In this document: positions 15,800 through 28,705 of the stretch, in pieces
How the letters are laid out: each line of letters begins with the position of its first letter
Numbering within the stretch: the stretch's first letter is position 1
Source of the DNA: the human T2T-CHM13v2.0 reference genome, Homo sapiens
Strand: one strand, 5' to 3'
Assembly (NCBI RefSeq): GCF_009914755.1
Contig: NC_060939.1
DNA: 64,000 bases
Made by a program: the position numbers and the translations under genes
The notes under the pieces: model-generated
What the model was told of the DNA's origin: nothing
The model's input: the letters and a program-made list of their open reading frames with translations, nothing else
Database searches by the model: none

Positions 15800-16460
15800 T
15801 TTAGAGTTATTATAACAATTATAATCCATTATATTTATATAGGGTTTAGAGTTGACAAAATGCTTTCATAACGATGTTGTATTTGACTCACAACCAATGC
15901 TCTGAGCTGTGCATGGTACAAACTCAGTTTGGATGCCAAACAGTTTTGGAGATAAGGATGTCAGGGTTTAGAGAGGTAAGTTACCTGGTTCACAGTCCCA
16001 CATGTAATTAGCACAAGAGCCAGGGTGAAATCAACTCCAAATCCTCTGTTCTTTTGTTATATAAAGGGCCTTTATGACAAGCCACAGTGTTGGATATACA
16101 TTAACATATACTGAGTCGAGAATCCATCTAGGGTTTGAATTGCCTCTGCTCTTCTCCCACACTGCCCCCTTTTCAATGTACACATCTTGTCACCCAGCTC
16201 CTGATCACCATGCCCAGAGACAGGTAGCTTACTACATCCTCTTCCACCTTTTAGCAACTTGGATAAATCAAAACTTCGATTATAGAATTCCTCATGCCAA
16301 ATACTATGCTCAGTGTTTTACAAATTAAAAAATAATCCCATGTGATAGATTTGCAGAGGAAGAACCTGAGATAGACAAAAGGTTAAGTATCTCATTTATG
16401 GTCATACAGCAAGTTAGTCACAATATTGGGATTCAAACCCAGTTTGTTTGACTCCCACCG
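15800..16460 (-). mobile_element. Two MIR copies (about 15800-16060 and 16280-16460)
   Basis: agagaggtaagttacctgg and gaggaagaacctgag...ggattcaaacccagtttg. Confidence 0.65.
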
Positions 16461-16559
16461 TATTATGTTTGGCCAAAACCAGACTTCCTGTGGTTTTTAA
16501 TATTTCTTGGTGCCCCTCAAAAATAGTATAAAGTCTCTTTTAAGTGAGAGTACTACAAG

Positions 16560-17460
16560 TGTTGACAGGCGGCAGGCAGCTGCTTTGTTTTCTGAGAACC
16601 TCCTCATCTCAGGCCAGAAATTACCACAGCCCCTAAACAATTTCAAATTCCCTCTCCAACACTCCAGTCACTCTCCTTTGCATCTTTCTTTCTTTTCTTT
16701 TTTTGAGACAGAGTCTTGCTATGCTGTCTAGGCTGAAGTGCAGTGGCTATTCACAGGCACAATCATTGTACACTACAGACTTGAATTCCTGGGCTCAAGC
16801 AATCCTCCCATCAGCCTCACAAGTAGTTGGGACTACAGGCATGGGCCATTATGGCTGGCTTTCTCCTTTGCATTTTTGCCATTCTATGTCTTTGTGAAAA
16901 TATGGCACACAAAATGAAACGTAATACTGTAGGTATGGCTTGACAGAACTATGTATAACACAATTAAATTTGAGTTATCCTCTGTTAATAAAACCCCTGT
17001 CTATTTCACATGTGCCAATACTAAGCAATGGTTCCTGCATCCTGACCTTGGGCAACAGTTTTTTTGTTTGTTTGTTTGTTTTAACTCAAATATAGAACTT
17101 CACACTTAACCCTGGAAAACTTCATTTTAAATTTGCCCCTCTTTAGGGCCTGTCAAGATCTGTTTGTTAAGAACCTGTTTCTACTATCTCTCATATTTAT
17201 TTGCTGCTCCACTTTTGTATAATCTACAGGTTCATTTCTTGTGTATTTTCATGCTAGATATTGGTTTAAAACAATAACAAGAAAACATCCCCCAGTTTGA
17301 CTTCTATCCATTTACTATAGACATTCAACCCTTTATGAATTATCCTAATCACCCTTGAATCCTGTTTATCTTTTCTCCAGTTTGTCCACATAGTTATCAA
17401 GGAATCTTTTACCAATCTTGTTGAAATTTAGCTATATTGATGTGGTCATCTTGCAGTTCT
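16560..17460 (-). mobile_element. L3/CR1 fragment
   Basis: atggcacacaaaatgaaacgtaatactgtaggtatgg...gcctgtcaagatc...tgtccacatagttatcaagg resemble the L3 RT region. Confidence 0.6.
16685..16859 (-). mobile_element. FAM (fossil Alu monomer)
   Basis: 7SL-like gctattcacaggcacaatc segment; TSD tctcctttgcat at 16672 and 16862. Confidence 0.85.
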
Positions 17461-17719
17461 ATCCCCAATAAAATTTATTTATCCATTCGTTGGTTGCCGT
17501 TTACTTACCATTTCACAATACCGACCACAGTAGAAAATACAATTATAAACGTGACACAGTTTAAACTGACAAGATGCTTATATGGTAGATCAAGTGAAAA
17601 CACACACACAAGATGAACATATGAGAGAAGAGTGTGGTCAGCCAGTGAGAGGGGTACCTACCATCCAAGGTTCTGTGGGTCTGACCAACGTAGAGACAGA
17701 ATGGGATCAGGAGAGCAAG

Positions 17720-17905
17720 GGGAGCTCCTGTAGTCACATGACATTTGAGCTGCAAGAGACATTAGGAATCATCTAAGTCTGATCTTCCTTCTAAGGAGGA
17801 AACAAATCCATAACTTGGAGGGAAGCTGCCTGAGATTACAGCTAGGCAGTGGCAGAACTGGATTCTTTGGATCTAAGTTCCCACCTCTTTTTACTACACT
17901 GTCTT
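17720..17905 (-). mobile_element. MIR
   Basis: gaggaaacaaatcc...cagctaggcagtggcagaactgg. Confidence 0.6.
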
Positions 17906-19869
17906 CTCTGGGTTCCCATTTCCATCTTACCCCTCTATATATGTGTATCTTAGGATTAAAATTAAAATTATACAAATAAGCTTCAGATTTTGATTCGTAA
18001 AACATTTTCTATGAGTATAGAATATAATAGACTCATGCTTGGTTTATTGCATTTGGGTTCCAAAGTCTTCGTTAAAAGATGTGTCAACTGAGGAAGCAAA
18101 TCAATTAACTGTGAATACCACTGCCGCTGATGCCCGCCACTCCCTCTGCGTAGCTCTGAACTGCTTGCAGCCACTCTCTGAGCATGCATCAGCCTCTTTT
18201 CCATCCCTTTCCCTTCTCTGGCATGTTCCCCAAAGCATACTTGAAATGAAATTGAAGTCCCCTACTTTTCAGTTTTAATTCAAGCCTTGGACTCGAACCT
18301 GGTTAGCCACAGGTGAAACTACTATGTCATTTTATTCCTTTGAGGGAAATAGAAAAATGAAACTGATATTTAAGACGTAAGAGGATGCGTTCAACTTAGA
18401 AAAGAAATGAGCTAAATGTGAAAATGAACTACATAAACAGAAAAACAGTAGTTAATAAGCAAACAGCAGATTTGCTTATTTGCAGACTCTAGCAAAAAGA
18501 AACTTTAGGGAACCTAAAAAAACACAGAATTAGAAAAGGAACAATTCACCTAAAGAATATAAAACAATCATATAAGTGAATTGTATATTTGTAAATACTT
18601 CACAGAAATGATTTTTCTAAAAAAAGTATTAACCAAAAGTAGAAATCCTGTGAAAAAATTAATAACTGTGGAAGTAATGGAGGCTGTCAAACGGCCATCC
18701 TTAAAAGGATCCCAGACCAGGGATTCACTGCCTAATACTTCCAGACTTTCCTTCCAGACATTTAAGTGATAGATAATTCCTGTGTTATATAAAACCTTCC
18801 AGAGAAAGGAAATAGGAGGAGCTTCCTAATTTCTATGGCCTCATTCCGAACCTGATAAAGCCGGTGAAGTAAATAGGCAGTTGAAAACCATTAAGAACAA
18901 AGAAAGTTAAAGACCAACCTCTCTTGATTTAACGAAATAGCAGATAGAATTAACTAATACATTAAGAGATGGATATATCACAAGCTAGTTGAGTTATCCC
19001 AGGAATATAAGAAGGTTCCACATGAAAAATGCACAATATAGCACGTTAATTTTAAAATATGCCCCTTAATTGATTAAACACCATTCAAAGTTCAAAACAG
19101 TTTAAGACTAGAAACCTGTTTCCCTAAGAAGGTGAAGAGTAGCTATGCCAAATACTTAGTTAACATTCTATTATATATAGAGCAAATATTTTTGGAAATA
19201 TTAAATTAACAAATCTTATTTCCCTTTTGAGTCTTATTCCCCTGGTAGCCCTCCATTTCCCAAACTAGAAGGTGCTACTTGAGTTCTACACCTAATGTAG
19301 ATTTCAAATTCTGTCTTTTCTTTGACATAATGGAAACCCAGTCTGAATGACTGTTACCAGAGATGTCCCACAGATTGACATCTTGGCCATGGAGTGGATG
19401 TTCTTCAGTGGGGGAAGGATATGACAGAGAAAAAGGTTGCTGTTACCAGCACAAGGGTGTGGAAGGAAGCGGGGGGAGAGGAGAGGAGATACAGCTTCAA
19501 AGCATGTAAGATGAGAGAATGTGCTCCTATCTCTCTCCTGGATTTTTAAAGCCTGGGACAAGAGAGGCATTGGGTAGCATGAGGGACGCTGATGATTCTT
19601 ATTTAGGCCTCTGGGGGCTGCAATTTTGCAGATGGTACCTTCACCAACATGAGGAGGGTACCCTGGCCCAGCATTGCGTCAGAGATGGGAGGGGTCTTGA
19701 GCAATGTCAGAAGCTCTTCTGCCCCCTCAGAGAAGGAGCTGGAAGGAAGGGAGTGGAATTGGGAGTAGCGATCCTGACAAGGACCTCATGGGGAGAAGCC
19801 TGGTGACCTGCAGCTGAGCTAGATGAAGCACATGGTGGGAACTCAGAGGGTCTGTCTACAGGTCTAGAA

Positions 19870-20121
19870 CAAGCTTGTCCAACTTGTGGTCTGCAGGCCA
19901 CATGCAGCCCAGGAGAGCTTTGAATGCAGCCCGACACAAATCTGTCAACTTTCTTAAAACATTATGAGACTTTTTGAGGTTTTGTTTTTTTGTGTTTTTG
20001 GTTTTGTTTTTCTTTTTCTTTTTTTTCATCAGCTATCATTAGTGTTAGTGTATTTTATGTGTGGCCCAAGACAATTCTTCTTTCAATGTGGCCCAGGGAA
20101 GCGAAAGATTTGATGCCACTG
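19870..20121 (-). mobile_element. MER30 (hAT-Charlie MITE)
   Basis: caagcttgtccaac...; perfect 8-bp TSD gtctagaa. Confidence 0.95.
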
Positions 20122-20802
20122 GTCTAGAAGCTGAGGATTATTGGGTCACCAGACACTAACCAAGCCACCAGAGAGACCAGCCATAGCCCTTACCATGCCC
20201 ACAATATCAGCAGTGCTCAGGCAGTCAGGGTTGTGGGGAGCACCATAGAGAGATTAGTGAGGATCTGAGCGTGCCACACACATTTGAGGATTTCTTTTCT
20301 ACCTGCATGTGACACAGGCAATTGTCTACAAGATCAATGATCGTGGGATCCTGTAGGCTAACAGCATAACTAATCAGTACAGCCATGTAAGTCACACAGT
20401 CAGAACTGATTTATAATCTAAATATTCATCTTATAATTTGATTAAAGAGTCATATATAAAATTTAAAAGTTGGAAACAAAAGAATATTTGATGGTTGGAA
20501 GAATAGCAGCTTTCTAAGTTTTGATGAAATAAAATTAATTTGAAAGGAAACATTTGCAAACTCCCCATAGGTAATCTAACAGCTTCTACCTAATAACATA
20601 AAAATGGAGCTTAAAAAATAGTTTTAATGTACTACATAGAGGATTCTTCCTTGACAAAATAAAGAAAATTTACCTTTAACATATGCAACATTTACCACTA
20701 GTGCCTAGTGGTAAGATATTAGTTATTCCCATTAGGAATAAAGCAAAAATGTGGACATTTGCCTTCATTGTTATTTGACATTGTTTGAAAAATGCTGAGT
20801 AA

Positions 20803-23800
20803 TAATTTAAATTAAGAATAGTAAAAAAGTACAAAGAAGGGCATTACTTAATGATAAAGAGTTCAACGACAAGACTATCTTAAATATATATGCACCCAAC
20901 ACTGGAGCACCCAGATCCATAAAACAAGTACTTCCAGACCTACAACAAGACTTACACAGTCACACAATAATACTGGGGACTCAACATTCCACTGTCAGAA
21001 TTAGATCATCATGGCAAAAAACTAACAAATTCTGAACCCAAACATGACACTTGACCAATTAGACCTAATAGACATCTACAGAATACATCACCCATCAGCC
21101 ACAAGATATACATTCTTGACATCTGTACATGGGACATACTCCAAGACTGACCACGTGCTTAGCCATAAAGCAAATATCAACAAATTAAAAAAAAAAAAAA
21201 ACATGAACTCATACCAGTCACACTCTTGGATCTCTTGGATCACAAGGGGATACAAATGGAAATCAATACCAAGAAAATCTCTCAAAAACCATACAATTAC
21301 CTGGAAATTAAACAACCTGCTCCTGAACGGCTTTTGGGTAAACAATAAAATTAAGGCAGAAATAAAAAACTTATTTGAAATAAATAAAAACAGAGATACA
21401 ACTACCAAAATTTCTGGGATGCAGCAAAAGCAGTGTTAAGAGGAAAGTGTATACCATTAAATGCCTACCTCAAAAAGTTAGAAAGATCTCAAATTAATGA
21501 TCTAACATCACACCCAGAGGAACTAGAAAAACAAGAACAAACTAACCTGAAAGCTAGCAGAAGAAAATAAATAACTAAAATCAGAGTAGAATGGAATGAA
21601 ATTGAGACCCTGAAATCCATACAAAGAATCCACAAAATTAAAAGTTGGTTTTTGAAAGGGTAAACAAGGTAGACCATTAGCAGATTAAAAGAAAAAAAGA
21701 TGCAAAGAAGCACAATCAGAAATGACAAAGGTGACATTAGAACTCATCACATAGAAATATGAAAGATCCCCAGAGACTATTATGAACACCTCTATGCACA
21801 CAAACTGGAAGATCTGGAGGAAATGGATAAATTCCTGGAAATACTCAATTTCCCAAGATTGAATCAGGAAGAAATTGAAACCTTGAACAGACCAATATTG
21901 AGTTCCAAAACTGAACCAGTAATAAAAAAAACCTACCAACCAAAAAAAGTGCCAGACCAGGTGGATTTTCAGGCTAATTCTGCCAAATGTACAAAGATGA
22001 TCTGTCACCAAATCTATTGAAACTACCACACAAAATCAAGGAGGTAGGACTCCTCCGTCACTCATTCTATTAAGCCAACATCACTTTGATACCCAAACCA
22101 GGCAAAGATGCCACAAAAAAAGAAAATAAAACTACAAGTCAATATCCCTGAAGAACACAGATGAAAAATCCTCAACGAAATACTAGCATATTAGAAAGTT
22201 AATTCATCACAATCACATAGGCTTGATTCCTAGGATGCAAGGTTGATTTAACATATGCAAATCAATAAATGTGATTTACCACATAAACAGAACTAAAAAG
22301 CATATGATAATCTCAATAGACGTGGAAAAATCTTTCAATAAAATCCAATATCCCTACATGATAAAAAACTTCGATGAGAAACTAGGCATCGAAGGAATGT
22401 ACCTCAAAATAACAAGAGCCGTCTATGTCAAACCGCAGCCAACATCATACTGAATGGCAAAAATTGGAAGCATTCCCCTTCAGAACTGGAACAACACAAC
22501 GATGGCCACTCTAACCACTCCTATTGAACATAGTACTGGCAATGCTGGCTAGAACAATCAGACAAGAGAAAAAAATAAAATGCATTCAAACAGGAAAAAA
22601 AGAAGCCAACTATCTCTCTTTGTGGATGATAGGATTCCATACCTAGAAAATCTCAAAACTGCCAAAAGTCTCCTGGAACTGATAAACAACTCCAGTAAAG
22701 TTTCAGCATACAAAATCATTGTACAAAAATCAGTAGCATTTCTATACACCAATAATGTTCAAACTGAGAGCCAAATCAAGAAATCAGTCTCATTTGCAAT
22801 AGCAACAAAAAGAGAAAATAACTAGGAATACATCTAACCAAGGAGGTGAAAGATCTCTACAAGGAGAACTATAAAATGCTGCTAAACGAAATCATAGGTG
22901 ACACAAACAAATGAAAAACATTCCATGCTCATTGACTGAAAGAATCAGTATCATTAAAACGGTCATACTACACAAAGCAGTCTACAGTGCTATTCCTATC
23001 AAACTACCAATATAATTTTTCACAAAGGAAAAAACTTTTCTAAAATTTATATGGAACCAAAAAAGAGCCTGAATAGTTAAAGAGATCCTAAAGGGCGGGA
23101 GTGGGGGCGGGGGGAAGCTGGAGGCATCACATTACCCGACTTCAAACTCTACTATAAGGCTATAGTAAGCAAAGCAGCATGGTACTACTTCAAAAACAGA
23201 CACATAAACCAATGGAACAGAACAGAGAATCCATAAGTAAAACTGCACACCTATAGTCATCTGATGTTCAACAAAGCTGACAAAAATGAGCAATGGGGAA
23301 AGGACTCCAGATTCAATAAATGGTGCTGGGATAGCTGGATAGTGATATGAAGAAGAATGAAACTGGATTCCTACTTTTCACCATATACAAAAATTAAGGA
23401 AGATGGATTAAATATTTAAATGTAAGTTTTCAAACTATAAGAAGCCTAGAAAAAAACCTAGGAAACACCAATCTGGACATGGGCCTTGAGAAAGAATTTA
23501 TGACTAAGTCCTCAAAAGCCATTGCAACAACAAAGATTTGCAAGTGGAACCTAATTAAACTAAAGTAACTATCAACTGAGGAAACAGACGACTTACAGAA
23601 TGGTAGAATATATTTGCAAACTACGCATCTGACAAAAGTCTAATATCAGAATCTATAATGAATTTAAACAATTGAACAAGCAAAAAAACTCCATCCAAAA
23701 ATGGGCAAAATACATGAACAGACACTTCTCAAAAGAAGGCATACAAGCGGCCAAGAAGCACATGAAAAACAGCTTCACATCACTAATCATCAGAGAAATT

Positions 23801-24914
23801 CAAATCAAAACTTCAATGAGATACTATCTCACACACATGGGGTGAGATGACATCTCATAGTGGTTTTGATTTGCATTTGCAATAGAATGGCTATTATTAA
23901 AAAGTCAAAAAATAGCAGATGCTGGTGAGGTTGTAGAGAAAGGGAATGCTTAAAAACCAGTGGTCCCCAACCTTCATGGCACCAGAGACCAGTTTCGTGG
24001 AAGATAATTTTTCCACAATTTTTCCTGTGGGGTGGGGGGGTGTTGGGGACGGGGGGATGTTTGGGAATGACTGTTCCGCCACAGATCATCAGACATTAGA
24101 TTCTCATAAGGAGCACACAACATGGCAACCTAGATCCCTTGCATGTGTGGTTTGCATGATAGGGTTTGTACTCCCATGACAATCTAATGTTGCCACTGAT
24201 CTGATAGGAGGTGGAGCTCAGGTGGTAATGCTTGCTCACCTGCTGTTTGCCTCTTCCTGTGTAGCCTGGTTCCTAGCAGGCCACAGATGGGTACCTGGGG
24301 TTGGGGACCCTTGTTATAAGCTGTTGGTGTTCAGCCACTGTGGAAAGTAGTTTGGAGATCTCTCAAAAAACCTAAAACAGAGCTACCATTCGACCCAACA
24401 ATCCCATTACTGGGTATATATCCAAAAGAAAACAAATTATTCTACCAAAAAGACACATACACACATATGTTCATGGCAGCACTATTCACAATAGCAAAGA
24501 TATGGAATCAACCTTGGTGCTCATCAACAGTGGATTGGATAAAGAAAATGTGGTAAATTAACACCATGAAATATTATGCAACCATAAAAAAGAATGAAAT
24601 CATGTCTGTGGCAGCACCATGGATGCAGCTAGAGGCCATTATCCCAAGTGAATTAACACAGAAAACCAAATAGCACTTGTTCTAACTTATAAGTGGGAGT
24701 TAAACATTGGATACCCATGGACACAAGGCAACAATAAAAACTGGGGACTAGTAGAGCAGGCAGGTAGGAAGGGGAGAAGGGTTGAAAAACTAGCTGTTGG
24801 ATACTATGTTCAGTACCCGGGTGATGAGATCATTCGTACCCCAAATCTCAGCATCACACAATATACCCAGATAATAAATCTGTACACATACCCCCTGAAT
24901 CTAAAATAAAAGTT
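20803..24914 (+). mobile_element. 5'-truncated L1PA16-like element (ORF2 and 3'UTR)
   Basis: ORF2 peptides ([25 protein letters not shown]); 3' end ccccctgaatctaaaataaaagtt; TSD aaaaatgctgagtaa (20788) / aaaaatgctgggtaa (24915). Confidence 0.92.
23958..24313 (-). mobile_element. MER1B nested in the L1PA16-like element
   Basis: TIRs cagtggtccccaacc / ggttggggacccttg; degenerate 8-bp TSD ttaaaaac/ttataagc. Confidence 0.92.
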
Positions 24915-25058
24915 AAAAATGCTGGGTAACACAACAAAACACAAAATAAAAATAAAAGATACAATGATTGTAAACGAAAAGATAAAACTATCGTTATTTG
25001 AAAATAAGATATGATGCTCCTGAAAAATCCAAGAGAATTGGCTGAAAATGCTTTAGAA

Positions 25059-25235
25059 TAATGGTTCCCCAATTTATCTACACATTGGAATCCACATGGG
25101 GAATGTCAAAAGACTCCAGATGCTGGAACCTCTTCCAGAGGCTGTGATTTAGTTTGTCTCAGGTGTGTCCTGAGTTTTGGAATTTTTAAAGATCCCTAAG
25201 TGAGTCTAATGTATAGACATGTTTGGTAACAATTG
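25059..25235. mobile_element. MER5B
   Basis: tggttccccaa...cacattggaatc...gtgagtctaatgtatag. Confidence 0.7.
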
Positions 25236-25445
25236 CTTTATAATTGATAAGCTCAATAAATTGGCTATATCCAAGGCAAATATTAAAAAAGGCTTTCCTA
25301 TCAAAACAAGCAGTTAGAAAATAGAACAGGAAAAAAAATCTCATTGGTGCTGGTGACAAACATACACCCAAGAATGGTTTCAGCAAGAAAAGTGTGATTC
25401 TTGTGCAAAGTAAATTAAAACATTATATTAGGGGACTTTTTAAAA

Positions 25446-25553
25446 ATGTATACGTATGTAACTAACCTGCACAATGTGCACATGTACCCTAAAACTTAAA
25501 GTATAATAATAAAAAAAAAAACAAAAATAAAGAAAGAAAGAAAGAAAAAAAAA
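25446..25553 (+). mobile_element. Extremely 5'-truncated young L1 (L1PA2-type 3' end plus A-rich tail)
   Basis: atgtaactaacctgcacaatgtgcacatgtaccctaaaacttaaagtataat followed by the tail. Confidence 0.93.
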
Positions 25554-26799
25554 GTCTTAATTAAATGGAGAGATATAGTATGTTTATAGAGACAATGAAG
25601 ATTTGCACAATATCCCAGGAGGATTGGAGAGACAGGGATAAGAAGTGAAATCCTAAGAAAGTAACTTCAAATTTGCATAAATGAGTTAAAAAAAAAACCA
25701 ATACAAATGTTTTGTAAAAATAAGAATGAAAGGCATTTGCCTTACTAGGTGTTAAAGTAGATTTATAAATAGTATAATTCTGGTCCAAAAATAAGATTAA
25801 TGGAAAAGAATAGTTTAGAAACAGGTCTTAAAATATTTAGGAGTTTACTGATGCTGAAGAAAATATGACAAATCAATGGGGAAAATATTCAGTAAGTGGT
25901 GTTATAAAAACTGAACTACTGAAAAATTTTAAATATTTGAATTTTTCACTTTAACAATAAATGCTTACTAAATTATAGAGTTAAATATTTGAAAATAAAG
26001 TCAGAAAACAAAAGAAAAAATAGATCAATATTTGTTGATACGTGGTTGGGAGAAGATTTTTAAGCCCAAAGTAACAGAAAAAACTCATCTAAAAATTAGA
26101 AATAATTTATTGCACAAAAATTCAAAACTCTGTAGAAAAAATAAGCAAGGCAAACTGGAAGAAAAAATTTGCAGCAAATGTCAAAGGATTAATATCCTTA
26201 ATTCATAAAAAGCTCTCAAAAGAAAAAGTCACAAAAGAAAACTGATGAAAAAAATGAAAAACAACTCGTAAAAATATATACAGATCATGAAAATATTTCA
26301 GCCTTCCTAGTAATCCAAGAAATACAATGAGGTACCATTGTTTACCAAATTAACAGGAATAAAAATATATATACTCACCGAAGGGGAAAGTTTTGTGATA
26401 GCCAGACAAACACTCATGGCGCCTTAGGTTGATCCTTATTTTTCTGGCAAGCAAAGTGGCAACATACACCAACAATCTTAAAATGTTTTTCCCTGACACA
26501 TAATCCTCATTCTAAGACTATCCTACGCAAATAGGAAAAGAAGAATTTACATCCCAGAACAGCCTGAATGATACTATTTGTAATAGTAAAAAAAATAGGA
26601 TCAATCCAAAATCTGGAGACAGAAGAACAAAATGAACAGACAAGGTACAGTCATATGGTGGAAGAGCGTGCAACATATATATTACTTTTGCAATCAGATA
26701 AAAATACAGTGAAAACGTATCAACGTTAGAAAACAAAGAAGGCAAAAAGATGCTAAAACTTAAGTAGTGAAGGGTAGTGGACTTTTTTTCTATTTTAAA

Positions 26800-27098
26800 T
26801 TATTTATTTATTTTTGAGACGGAGTTGTGCTCTTGTTGCCCAGGCTGGAGTGCATTGACGCAATCTCGGCTCACTGCAACCTCAGCCTCCTGGATTCCAG
26901 CGATTCTTCTGCTTCAGCCTCCTGAGTGGCTGGGATTACAGGCACCTGCCACTATGCCCAGCTAGTTTTTTGTACTCTTAGTAGAGATTCGGTTTCATCA
27001 TGTTGGCCAGGCTGGTCTCAAACTCCAGACCTCTAGCGGTTCACCTGCCTGGGCCTTCCAAAGTGCTGGGATTACAGGCATGAACTACCACGCCTGTG
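26800..27098 (-). mobile_element. AluS (Sq/Sp-like)
   Basis: Dimer with ctcttgttgccc; TSD ttaaattattt. Confidence 0.92.
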
Positions 27099-27288
27099 GT
27101 CTTAAATTATTTTTAATATAAATATTTGTTTTTAAAACCAACAAACGTTTTATAATTAGGAATAAACAGAAGAAAAGGAAAATAAATAAGACTAATGACT
27201 AATATCTGTAAAAGCCCATATTTATAAAAGCATCAGAATCAACAGATAAATGGGAAAAGGACAAAATAAATTTAATAATGGAAAGTTA

Positions 27289-27664
<376 letters not shown>

Positions 27665-28149
27665 CTAAGTCAAGGCACCAGTTCGTGACTAAAGTTAAAT
27701 TAAAAACTTAAAATAATTTCCAATGTTGAACAGGTTAGAGTGAAATTAATTACACTCATAGAAAGCTGGGGCAGTGTAAATTAATCCAACTGCTCTGTGA
27801 AAGCAATTTGGTTCCACACATCAAGAGCAGTAATCATGTTTATGTCCTTTGAAAACTCTAATTTCATATTGGGATATGAGTCTCAGGAAATTATTCAAGA
27901 GAAAAGAAAAAGATGTCTACTGTACTTTTAATTAAAATATATTGAAATACATCGTAAAAACAGGATACATCATGTTACATCAACACTACAGACTCTTGTG
28001 AGTGCTATGAAAATAAAGAAAAATCTACGATTTCTATCTTGAGTGGGGAATAAATGCAGAAGGGAAAATTACAGCAGACTGATTATGACATTAAAAATAG
28101 AAACTAGGAAGAAGGGCAAGAATGTGTTAGGATGGCAACATCATCTTTA

Positions 28150-28285
28150 CGTAATTTAATTGTATATATAATTATGTAACAATTACATGTAACTAAATTA
28201 CACAATGTATAAATTATATATTATAAATTATAATTAAATTATGTAATATATAAATTATATGTTAGATATAATTATGTGTAATTGG
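28150..28285. repeat. AT-rich low-complexity tract
   Basis: Repeated aattat/atata units. Confidence 0.8.
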
Positions 28286-28419
28286 TTTAACAATGCACAG
28301 AAATCAGAGGGAAAAAGAGAGGGAAGGGAATAAAGGGGAAAACAATATTTATACATTAATTACGCATACATTTGAACATCAATTGAAGATAGAGAACTTT
28401 TATATATATATATCTGCAA

Positions 28420-28548
28420 AGCAGGTATTATCCTCATTTTCGTAAATGAGTCAACAGTAGCTTGAAGGGGCAAGTCACTTGCTTGAGGTTACATGCTTTT
28501 TAGTTCTAGAGTGAAGATTTAATCCCTCTTCTGACTCCGCTGTGCCAC
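28420..28548 (-). mobile_element. MIR
   Basis: gtattatcctcattttcgtaaatgag...aagtcacttgc. Confidence 0.7.
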
Positions 28549-28569
28549 CCGACTCTAAATGTATATACA

Positions 28570-28705
28570 CTAGTGGCTACCAGCCTTTATGTGTCATAGA
28601 CCTCTCTGTGTATGATAAAAATACCGTTCCCAGAAAAACTCATATGAACACACAGAAATTTGTGCATTCAGCACCTTCCGAGGGTAAGGTCATCATAAAC
28701 CTTGG
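28570..28705. mobile_element. Charlie4z-like fragment
   Basis: gtcatagacctctctg...cccagaaaaactcatatgaacacacagaaatttgtgca. Confidence 0.55.
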
